Source: the human T2T-CHM13v2.0 reference genome, Homo sapiens
Assembly (NCBI RefSeq): GCF_009914755.1
Contig: NC_060929.1
DNA length: 64,000 bases
Strand: one strand, 5' to 3'
The translations under genes were made by a program, and so were the position numbers. Below, in pieces: positions 1 through 10,520 of this stretch; position 1 is the stretch's first letter, and every line of letters starts with the position of its first letter. Below the pieces are notes generated by a model. The model made no database searches. It saw only the letters and a program-made list of their open reading frames with translations, and was not told the DNA's origin.

Positions 1-750
1 CAAGGAACCCAGGAATAATGGGGCAGACGGAGCAACAGGAGACAGGAAGGAAAAACTAAGAGGACAGAAGGACTCCAGGCAATGAAAGCCAAGGTGAAGA
101 AGAGGGAGCAATCATTCAACAGAATCTGATCAGGAACAGAGAGTTTAAGTGAGAAAGAGACTGAGAAGCCTATTAAATAAGGGGTCTTTGTTGACCTTGG
201 AGAGAGAAGTGGGTTGAGAAGGGAAAGAAAACTGAGGACTCAGACAAGAGGTACAGAAAACCCTTCAGAAAGGCTGGCAATAAATAAGCTACGGATAAGA
301 GGAAGAAAGCAGTAGCTAGGGCCGCGAGTGCACAAATGGATATGCATGGGGGTGTGGGTGCTGGGATGTGGGTGTGTGAAAGAAGAGTTTTAAATACATT
401 TAAAGGCTGTTGGGAAAACGTCATTAAAGAGGGAAAGCCTGGAGACTATGGAGGAGAAGTGATAATCAATACCACATGTTCCCGAGGGAGGGGAAAGCGT
501 TCTATCTAGAGCACAGGTATAGAAACCAAACCTCTTCCATTACGGGAGGGAGGACAGATGGATAGATGGTAGCAGTGCAGAAACTTGCAGGTCTGGTGAC
601 AAGCTGAGGAAGCCACAACTCAATGGCTCTCCATAAAGCAGGAGGCCAGAGCATCTGCTAAAATTGAGAGAAGTGAGCAGAATTGAGAGAAGTTGAATGA
701 GGGTAGAGAAGATACCAAATAAACATTGTGAATGAGAGAGAGCTTCCCAA
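1..750 (-). mobile_element. Degenerate L2 LINE fragments
   Basis: Purine-rich sequence resembling antisense L2 (e.g. gaaagccaaggtgaaga...gagagtttaagtgagaaagagactgagaag...tgaccttggagag); highly diverged, boundaries approximate. Confidence 0.5.
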
Positions 751-982
751 GGCAGTTTTTCAGTGAGCACATTGCAAGGGGTCCTGAAATCAATACTTTT
801 TAAAGAAAGGAATTAAAAAACCAAAGTACAATGCTTATAGGAAAGACAAACATTGTATATAATAACATTAATATAACATGTGCTTATGTGTATACTGAAT
901 TGTGATGTAAAAATGTTCTTTCTGTGGGTGGCACTCAACATATTTGAATGCCAACAGACTAGAACAAATAAATCACTTATAA

Positions 983-1324
983 CAGGGGGTCCCCAACCCC
1001 TGGTCTATGGACCAGACTGGTACTGGTCTATGGCCTGTTAGGAACCAGAGCACACAGCAGGAGGTGAGCTGCAGTCAGCCAGCATTAACGCCTGGGCTCC
1101 GCCTCCTGTCAGATTAACCACAGTATTAGATTCTCATAGGAGGGGGAACCCTATTGTAAACTGCACTGCAAGGAATCTAGGTTGCATGCTCCTTATGAGA
1201 ATCTAATGCCAGATGATCTGAGGTAGAACAGTTTCATCCCAATACCATCCGCCACCCCTGCCACTGTCTGTGGAAAAATTGTCTTCTGCGAAAGCAGTCC
1301 CTGCCAAAAAGGTTGGGGGTCACT
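983..1324 (+). mobile_element. MER1B (hAT-Charlie non-autonomous DNA transposon)
   Basis: Starts cagggggtccccaacccc, contains tgttaggaacc...gagaatctaatgcc...gtggaaaaattgtcttc, ends aaaaaggttgggggtcact, as in the MER1B consensus. Confidence 0.85.
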
Positions 1325-2338
1325 CACTTAGGAGAACTGAGGTGAGGGTGGAAATGATTTTAGTTTGTGGTGGCAGTAACCATCATTATGGCTTATGCTT
1401 TACACCTACCCTAAGTTAGAAGAGGTAATTAAGTTTAAATGCTCCTGTTAAATGCTGTGACTCAAGAAGAACACATAAAATATATAAAGTAATATATCTT
1501 ATCACTTACTTTACTTAATTATGCTAATTAAATCTTTTAAAGTAATTTTACAGTAAATTAACAGGCTATACAAGAACAAGGTCTGTACTACTCCGACCAC
1601 ATAATTATGCTTTTTGCTATCCATTAAAATTCTTACATCAAAAGCTCTTTAAGTGATCTATTTAACTTGTAGATGTGTGTAAAAATGTTAAAAGGTGTTT
1701 TATTTTAAACCCACCCATATTTTTATAATTTACAACAGCAAAATGCAAGACAAAAAACACATAACCCTATTATTGTTAAATACTCTCTCATAACTGAAGG
1801 CAAATCCCTTCTCTTAGAAAGGTACTTCTCCAACTTCTACAGGAACCAAAGTGACTCCATTAGAGAGGAATGCATTTATTTGCCATTCTCAGTCATTTGT
1901 GAGATGCCCCATTGTTACAGATGAATCCCAATTCAAACAGTCAAAAAATGAACATTGCCATATTCCTCATTTTGCCAAATACCAATTATTATTCAGAGAC
2001 CAAGATAATCCCTCAAAGTCATTCAGCCCTAAATTCTAATCCCATAAATCTGCTTTATGGGTTAGAAGAAAGCCTTTGAAAATACAGTAAGTCAGGTAAT
2101 AGAGTCTACCACACCCCTAAGTCATTTAACAGACCCATTATCATTTACTAAAGAAAAAAAAATTAATTGGAAAGTATTTTGCTCTTAATGTGCTTCAGAA
2201 ATTATTTGCAAATATAGCTGTGAAGTCTACTTTGTTTATTTCCAGTAATTAAATTTGGTTGCAGCAGAGTGCGGCCAGGAGAAGCACGTGGCCATTATTT
2301 TTCCCTTTAGGGTGATTCGAACTCCTAGAACATGTTAA

Positions 2339-2471
2339 CCCATTTATGCCTAGTGTTCCATTATTGGAACACTAAGCTTGTGGGAGTTATTTATATACTA
2401 CTGCTCAAGGTCATCGCCAAGATCTGATTTATCACACACACAAAAAATTTGCAACCTCCAGCATAAATGGG
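2339..2471. mobile_element. MER85 (piggyBac/PGBD3-derived MITE), full length
   Basis: TTAA target duplications at 2335-2338 and 2472-2475; terminal inverted repeats CCCATTTATGC / GCATAAATGGG; internal palindrome GTTCCATTATTGGAAC at 2355-2370; 133 bp. Confidence 0.93.
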
Positions 2472-2762
2472 TTAATTTTCATCATAACAAAAATGAAGCT
2501 ATTTTATATGTGTCACACTGTACTAGGTACCACAGAATGCAATATTTTTCTCAGGTAAGTGTTTATTTCTTAAAAAAAGTCAAGTCAACCAAAATGTACA
2601 AATAAGCTCAAACTACAAAATGACTCTAGAAAAGATGAACAAATTTGTTGATTAACAAATATTACCTTTCCATGTGGCCTGCATTCATTATAAATTCAAG
2701 AGAATCAATGACATTCAACTCTGGAAAAAAAAAACTCCTTAAACGCAGAAGTTCATCTAACT

Positions 2763-3600
2763 CAGCAGTATTCAACTTTTTGTTTTCAGGATCCGTTTAC
2801 ACCCTTAAATTACCAAGGACCCTAAAGAGTTCTTGTTATGTGGGTTATATCCACTGTTATTTATCATATTCAAAATTAACAAATTTTTAAAATACTTTTA
2901 AAAATAATCTTTAAAACCACATATTAACCTAGATACTTTTTATGTATTTTTCCAAAAGAAAATTTACTAAGAATGGTATTGATTTGCGCTTTTGCAAATC
3001 TCTTCAATGTCCTGCTTAATGGAAAATAGTAGAGCTTCATGCCTGCTTCTGCATGCAATTTGTTGCAATACGGTGTTTAGGTTGAAGTACATAAAGAAAA
3101 ATCTGGCCTCATACAGATAAACAGTTGGAAAATGAAGGGTGTCTTGCAATCATCTTTTGAGATAGCTGTGGGTATTCTTTCGTACTTTCCCCAAATTGAA
3201 CAAATGGTGCTTTTTAGTAGTTAATTACAATATGGAATATGAAATCTGACAAACTTTCTGTGCTCTGTTCCATTAAAATCCAGTGGTCTATTTGCGACTT
3301 GAAAGGGTCTTTTACCCATGTATGATTTTGGAAAATACTGGTTAACTGAGTTATGTAGCTTTTTTTTTTGAAATGCCTACACATTTTTTTTTAGAAAATA
3401 TCCCCCGAAAAGTACATTATTAATATTACTATCAATCTTACCATACACATCTTCAGTACTGGGAAGCTGTCAAGCACAGGGTTGCAAATATGAGTTTTCC
3501 AAAATTTCAGTTTTCACTTTCACCTGACAGCTCTAATTTTATCATTGGCAGATACCATCAGGTGTTTTTCTTGAAGTAATAGCCTCATTTCTGGGAAAAT
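2763..3600. mobile_element. Old hAT-family DNA transposon remnant (Arthur1-like)
   Basis: Motifs caggatccgtttacacccttaaa...gaccctaaagagttcttgttatgtgggttata and ttttgcaaatctcttcaatgtcctgcttaat recalled from Arthur1-type consensus; subfamily uncertain. Confidence 0.5.
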
Positions 3601-3689
3601 ATCAAATGGTTTAAGTGTTCAAAAAAGGATTGTTAGGATATACCTTTGTGATGAATTATGTGGCCAATATACCGTTTACAAATAATATA

Positions 3690-4022
3690 CAGAAAGTTGT
3701 CGACTTACGATGGGGTCACATCCTGAACAACCCATCCTAAGTTCAAAATACTGTAAATCAAATATGCATTTAATACACCTAACTTGCTAAACGTAATAGC
3801 TTGGCCTAGCCTACTTTAAACGTGCTCAAAACACTTGCACTAGCCTACAGTTGGGCAACATCATCTAACACAAAGCTTATTTTATGCTTAAGTATTGAAT
3901 ATCTCATGTTATTTACTGAATACTGTATTAGAAGTGAAAAACAGAATAGCTAAATGGGTACTCAAAATACGATTTCTACTGTATTTGCTTTAGCACTATC
4001 CCATCATAAATCTGTAAAATGC
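3690..4022 (+). mobile_element. MER47A (Tigger-derived MITE)
   Basis: cgacttacgatggggtcacatcc...gcatttaatacacctaac...ctagcctacagttgggcaacatcatctaacacaaagc matches MER47A. Confidence 0.8.
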
Positions 4023-5149
4023 TCATAATATAATGTTAACTGGAAAATACAAACAAAACATGTTTATATTACTATGGTATCAGCTGTGCTTCAAGAAGTT
4101 TGCCCACCTTTTCCTGAACTTCTTCTGTATTAGACAAAATAGCCATAAAACCAAACCCAAAACTCGTACCCAGAGGGCAGGTATTTATGCCTTTAGGAGA
4201 AGAATTTACAAATACAGTCATAAATACCAAATATTAACAGTTATGGGAAAAACTGACAAATATTATCATATTTAAGTTAGATTTACAATTTTTTAAGCAT
4301 TCAGTTTAACTGACACAAACAAAAATAAATTAAATACACATCCTATTTGACTACAATCAACATGGAAGAAATGAAACCCAGTCTTTTGGCAGACAGGGTA
4401 TAAAGAAGCATGAATTTACAGGTTCTTCCTAAAAGCACTCTCCGTTTGAGATGCTGACAGAATGGGCTTTGTCCAAAATTCAAGACATTTTTGCTAATCA
4501 CTTTCTTATATTACTAAGTGTCCACATGATGCAGTATTAACTCCTAAAAGCTATTTTCATTAACATGACTGCAGTACACAAAAAACTACATTATTAATAA
4601 AAAAAATTCCAATAGTCTATGTGTCTATCTACCCCTCTGATAATTAAAAATTGGAGAGAATGATTAACCACTCACCAATTCAAAAAAAGATATTAACTTT
4701 TTCATGAACGTCCTAAGAGCTTTTTTTTAATTTTTATTTTTTTTTAAGTACGAGGTCCATGCAAAACAAAGGGCCTATTCTCCCAAGGTTCCCCGAAACA
4801 AATGCATCCTCTAGGATGTCCTGCACTTTCAGGCTCCTCTCTTTAGCACATGCCTAAGCATACAAGCTCCACAGATTGCTAGCAAAAGTAATGTCAATCC
4901 CATGATTCTAGGCATATCAGTGTCTGCTTTCAACTATCACATTTGCTATCAGGTTGAAAGAAAAAAAAACAAGCGAAACCATCCTTGGCTTGGGTTTTAT
5001 GAGAAACGTTACCATTTTTCTGGTCTAATAATTATTTATATGTAAGCCACCTCTACTTGACTGCAAACCTGTTAGGGCTGGGCCCACCTTTTATGCCTTT
5101 GTCTTCTCACTGTCTACCACCATGGCTTTTAAAAGATGGTACCAAATAC

Positions 5150-5335
5150 CAGCAGTTATTGTTCACCAAGCACTTATGTGCAAAACGTTTATACATGTCA
5201 CCTTAATTCCCCATCATGACCTTAATAGGTAGAGAGGGTTGTCCTCTTTCTATAGAAATAAAGAGGCCAAAGATAAAGTAACTAGTCCCCAGTTAGCTTC
5301 TAAGTAATGCAAATGGCATCCAAACACAGGTTTGG
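5150..5335. mobile_element. MIR fragment
   Basis: caagcacttatgtgc...gtcctctttctatagaaataaagaggccaaagataaagtaactagtcccc resembles the MIR core. Confidence 0.5.
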
Positions 5336-5342
5336 GACTAAA

Positions 5343-5528
5343 CAAGTGATTCTCAAACTTTGTTGAGCATCAGAGTCATCTGGAGGGCCTATTAAAGGAA
5401 ATTCCTGGGCCCTGCACCCTGATTTTCTGATTAAGGAGATCTAGAAATGGGCTTGATAATTTGCATTTCTAACAAGGTCTCAGGTGATGCTGATACTGCT
5501 GGTTCACGGACCACTGAGAACAGGTGCT
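5343..5528. mobile_element. MER5A (hAT-Charlie)
   Basis: gattctcaaacttt...gcatcagagtcatctggaggg...tgcatttctaacaag..caggtgatgctgatactgctggt. Confidence 0.8.
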
Positions 5529-6252
5529 CTAACCACATTAGCCTCAGCAATGTGGAGGTTTCAACGTGTTGAAAAGACAATGATGGCTAACGAGGCCATC
5601 AAATTCATACAGAGTAAAAAGGATGGAATCCTGACACATTTTTCAAAATTAAATTTGAGAAATGTTTTTTCCTACTTGTATATTTTTCTACCCTACCATC
5701 CTGGCAGAGAAAGGCTGATAAGAAACCAAAAGTCCTCAGTCCTCTACCTTATAGAGAGGGAACGTTCAAGACTGGCCCTAATAAGCAGGAGAGTGCTGTT
5801 GTCTCTTCTAAGACAATCAACAGCTCAGTGGCATCTGCTGGAGTTAGAGAAGGTAGACAGCTTTCAAACTTGACTAGCTATTTGGAGAAGATTGCAGCTA
5901 AATCTATGCGACTGTGATGGAGAGGACCCTTAATGGGAATGGAAGCCGAAGGAAGAAGGAGGAAATGGAATCTACAAGAGGAGACATCTACTCAGAACAT
6001 TAATTCTGGATCAGATATTGGCTACCATGCCAAAGGATCATAGCTATGTTACTACTGATTTATCAATAGTGGCCCTGATTCACTTGGACAGCTGAAGAGT
6101 TCAATGTAACAAACTTCTGCCTAGGAAGCTGCAAAATTGGTACCATTAAAACATGGCTCTTTCAAATTGCTTAAAACTCTCCTACTGAAATGTACACATT
6201 TTCAGCAACATTTCATTTCTCAGAGTAACATGACTTTCAAGGACAAGGCAAA

Positions 6253-6362
6253 AAGACTGCAATAATTTTACTGCAGGAATCTACTCTGAAAAGTAAAAGC
6301 TATAACACAAGATTGCAGTAATTTTATTGCAGGGAATCCACTCGGAAAAGTAAAAGCTGTAA
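6253..6362 (+). repeat. Two-copy ~56-bp tandem duplication
   Basis: aagactgcaataattttactgcaggaatctactctgaaaagtaaaagctataa versus aagattgcagtaattttattgcagggaatccactcggaaaagtaaaagctgtaa. Confidence 0.85.
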
Positions 6363-7222
6363 TATAGCTATTACCTACGGGGGTTATCTCCAGGAGCATC
6401 TTAATTTTCCTGAAACGTTTATGGTGTGGCAGAAAGCAGCTGGACTCTTGCATTCCACACAGATCAAGACACAAGCCTCACACTTCATCATGGCAATAGC
6501 AAAATAACTGAAGGGAATAAAAAAGGAAAGAAGGAAATAAAACCAGTGGCCTTATATCTAAAGAGAAGAAGAAAAAAAGAAAAAAAAAAACACGTGGTCA
6601 GATTGGAAACCAAACCACCTGATTTTGCCTAAGTCACGCATCTCATCTGGTTCTTTAATTCCTCATTTTACAACAATGTTCTGGGAATGAAAAGAGGCAC
6701 TTTGCTCTTTAGAAACAAAAATTAAGTGATTCCGAAAGATATGATTTTTCAGTTGTAAGACTTTGTGAGGTAAATATCCACTAAAAACTGCTTCCTAAAG
6801 CCAGCACACTTCGCTGCTGCAATGCTTTTTTAATGCAGTTTGTCCCTGCCAAAACTTGCATTGACGTTTACATACAAAGCATTACACAATCTTCCAGGAG
6901 ACTTGGTTTCTCTATATAAATACGAAAACGGCATCTGCCTCCCTCCCCAGTGATACAATGAGCAGAGGGCCTTAGTCACGGGTCAAACACCTAAAGTCTG
7001 GCCTGGTAATTATTAGCTCCCAGCTTGAAAACTAGCTCACTGAACTTAAAATCTTTTCTTCCTCTCAAAGGTTAGTTAGGATGCTGGCCAACTATCTTCC
7101 AGAGGTCTTGTGGGATTAATGAAAAGGTTAAAATATTAAGGACTTACACTCAATGAGAGCTATTCTCATCCATCTCAGCTATTATAAAAGTAAACACTCC
7201 CCCTTACTTCCCTGTGATACTC

Positions 7223-7848
7223 TAGGGGGCTGCAAACCACAGCCCATGGGCCAAATTCACCTGCCATATGTTTTTGTAGAGCCTACAAGGTAAAAAGAAT
7301 TTTCCCACTTTTAAATGGTTAAAAAAATCAAAAGAAGAATATCTTATGATGTAAAAATTATATGAAATTCACATTTCAGTGTCTGTAAATAAAGTTGCAC
7401 TGGGCCAGGCATGGTGGCTCAGGCCTGTAATCCCAGCACTTTGGGAAGTCGAAGTGGGCAGATCACCTGAGGTTAGGAGTTTGAGACCAGCCTGGCCACA
7501 TGGTGAAACCCCATCTCTACTAAAAATACAAAAATTAGCCAGGTGTGGTGGCACATGCCTGTAGTCCCAGCTACTTGGGAGGCTGCGGCAGGAGAATCGC
7601 TTAACTTGGGAGGCGGAAGTTGCAGTGAGCCAAGATCACGCCACTGCTCTCTAGCCTGGAGGCAGAGCAAGACTGTCTCAAAAAAAAAAGTTGCACTGGA
7701 ACACAGCTATGTCCATTTTGTTTACATATTGTCTGTGACTTTTATCTTACCATGGGACAGTTGAGTAGTAATGTCAGAGACCATAGGACCTGCAAAGCTT
7801 AAAATATTTACTAAGTAGCCCTTAACAGAAAAGTTTTGCCTATCCCTG
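7223..7848 (+). mobile_element. MER58B (hAT-Charlie) interrupted by an Alu
   Basis: gggggctgcaaaccacagcccatgggccaaat...aaataaagtt [Alu] ggaacacagctatgtccatt...aaaatatttact...cagaaaagttttgcctatccctg. Confidence 0.8.
7403..7689 (+). mobile_element. AluS (Sx-like)
   Basis: Full dimer with poly-A; TSD aaagttgcactg on both sides. Confidence 0.95.
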
Positions 7849-8880
7849 TGCTCTGGGCCCAAGTCTGCTATGCCTCTGAGTATCCTGAGACCCTTAGAGA
7901 ATTAGCCCTGCAAACAGGCAGCTGTACTGAGAAGCAACATTCTGTTTGTTTTATCCCAACCCAACCTGGTATCTAACAAATGCTTCTCCTTCTAGTTCAA
8001 AGCAAGGCTATGACGTCACAGAATGAACCCCAACCTCAATGTCTGCACTAAGGGAAGGGTAGAGCAGCTTTCTCTATGGGGCCACATTTTCAGTAACTTA
8101 GTCCCGTACTTAGAATCTTATACTCCGCCTTCTAATAGGTCTTCACAGCAGCTCTAGAAATCTCAGGCTTCTTTTTTACCACTATATTAGGGTACCTTTG
8201 GTTGAACGTTCCCAAAACCCCTTGAGAAAATTTAAGGAAAATATGAACACACCCCCTTTTCATTTGTTGTAAGTACACCGGGGTCTCTGGGAACTGGAGG
8301 GCTACACAGAGGAACTTGAGCATATCTCTTGATTTTTTTCCCTTCTCCACGCACCCAACTCCATCATGCTTCCCTCACTGCAGGCCAACCCCTCTAGTTC
8401 ATACGTCACCAGGATTTACACCTCCCCTGCTTCAGAGACAGACTAGGAGTAGAATCATACCCCGTTTCCAAATGCCCGGGAGACAGGTCAAATTCACACG
8501 TCTAAGTGTAACAGTGTAAATGGAATGCAGGGCAATCCCTAGAAAATGAGAAGGGAGAGATCTGAATAGACAATACCTTAAATATCCACTCTGCCTGCCA
8601 TAATATAGGTAGGGAAAACAAGCCATTTAAATTTAGGAAGAGAGACAGTAAGTCTCCTTCCAAAGACAAGGCTAATAAGACCCTCACAGTATGGGGCAGT
8701 CTCAGGCATTTGAATTTCAACTTTCATTAAAATCCTAGGTCTTATGCCAAATGCTAGGAAAAACTGTTGTTCTTTTTATAGTTCCCCTAAAAAATAACTA
8801 TATTATTTTGGTCCTGGCTGGAGTCAACCTCTACCTTCAATCTACATTTCTTTTGTGCTTGCTTCCCCTTCACCCCTTCT

Positions 8881-8904
8881 ACACACACACACACACACAC
8901 ACAC
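8881..8904 (+). repeat. (AC)12 microsatellite
   Basis: Perfect dinucleotide run. Confidence 0.95.
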
Positions 8905-9183
8905 AAAACCATTATCACCAGCAATTCTGAAAAAACCTATACAGGAAAAAATTCAGACTAGATATTCACTCCCCCAAAGTGGGACTCTTGTTTACCCAGC
9001 AACGATCAATGATGCCACTTACAAACACATTACACAACCCCACAGGGCTTCTTACACATACAGCCAGAGTCAGTCCTTGGGAGTTGGCAGTTCTTGGGAA
9101 ATTCCCAATATCTCACATAGGGCTTTATTTGTATTTATCTGGGAGAGGGATGGGCAGAAGATGGGATAGCACTACTCCCTTAC

Positions 9184-9323
9184 TTTTTTTCTTTTGAGAT
9201 GAGGTGTCGCTCTGTCACCCAGTCTAGAATGCAGTGATGGGGAGAACTCCTACGCTCAACTAATCCTCCAGCCTCAGCCTCAGAGTAACTGGGATTATAG
9301 GCGTGAGCCACCACATCCCAGCC
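9184..9323 (-). mobile_element. Monomeric Alu (FLAM/FRAM-like)
   Basis: Poly-T then gagatgaggtgtcgctctgtcacccag...gggattataggcgtgagccacc; flanks actcccttac / acttccttac. Confidence 0.8.
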
Positions 9324-10229
9324 ACTTCCTTACATTTAAAGGCACCTCAGCACTTACAAAGCTTTTTTGCACACCTTGTTGTATACAAAGTGATCTTCAA
9401 CATCCCAGCAAGGGAACTACCTCCCTCCATATGGACAAAAAAACAAAACAAAACAAAAAAAAAACCTAACAAAAAAACCTATAAAAGATTAGGTATCAGG
9501 CTCAAGGGAACACAATGGGTCATAAAATCAGGGATCCAGGTCACATTTCAAGCCTAGGGTATTTATGGTTTTGTTTCATTTTCTTGTTAAAATAAGAGCC
9601 TAAGTTACTGACCAGTTAGCATGTGGCCTCGGGCAAATAATAAATTGGGTCAGAGAATCATGCACAGACATGACTTGGCCAACAGTTGGCTAATTATGAC
9701 AATTTAGCAATGATTGCATTATTAAACTATTTCAGCAGAACAGGTTTCACACTCCCCTGTATCCCAGGGCACGTTCTCTGCAGCTCTTTCCTTCCTATCG
9801 TCCCTGTAGCAGGCCCTCAGTGCTCAACCCTCTGCTCCCTTTCTTTAAAGGCTGCCCTGGAAATCCTCATCAGCTCTCATAGAGGCAACCACTGGCACAC
9901 CAAAAGTGACTTCCCAAGAGACTCTTGGGTCTGGCAATTCACTCCTCTGCTACTATTAACCCAAATGTAATTATGTCTAAATTTTATCCCCTCACCCCTA
10001 GAACTCATCTTCTCTTCAGTGAGGTATGTTGTAAAACCTTCACGTTTATATAAAATCCACCCATCAGTGTTCATATACATTATCTCATCTTCACGGTAAC
10101 TCTGGGAAGTAAAGAGGGCAGCACTATCATTCCCATTTAATAGGTGAAGCATGCCACTCAACCTCTGAGCTTATTCTGTCAGGGGCAACATTCCTCAGCC
10201 ACCTGATGGCCAAACCAAAATCCAGCAAC

Positions 10230-10520
10230 ATACTGAGATATGCTACAGCATGATGAGCCATGAAAACATGCCAAGTGAAAGAAGCCATTCACAAAACCAT
10301 ATCCTGTACAATTTCCAGAACAGGCACATCTACAGTGACGAAGCAGATAAGGGAGGCAACGGGAGGCAGGGGTGACTGCTAATAGCCTTTCTTTTGGGAG
10401 TAATGAAAATGTTTTAAACGTAGTAATGGTTGCACAGTCCTGGGAATATACTAAAAACCACGGAATTGTATACCTTAAATGGATAAGTTGTATGGTATAT
10501 GAATTACATTTCAAAGCTAT
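10230..10520 (+). mobile_element. L1M (L1MB-like) 3' end fragment
   Basis: gaaaacatgccaagtgaaagaagcca...gtaatgaaaatgtttta...tactaaaaaccacggaattgtataccttaaatgg...tatgaattacat. Confidence 0.8.

Noticed and set aside
5484-5873. 129-aa plus-strand ORF
   Set aside because: Begins inside MER5A, no recognisable domain, antisense to MCC
7369-7764. Overlapping ORFs here and at 17030, 19285, 19781, 29985, 31767, 34655, 39953, 41626, 43738, 54459, 55793, 57182 and 58375
   Set aside because: All are standard Alu translations (e.g. [31 protein letters not shown]), not genes
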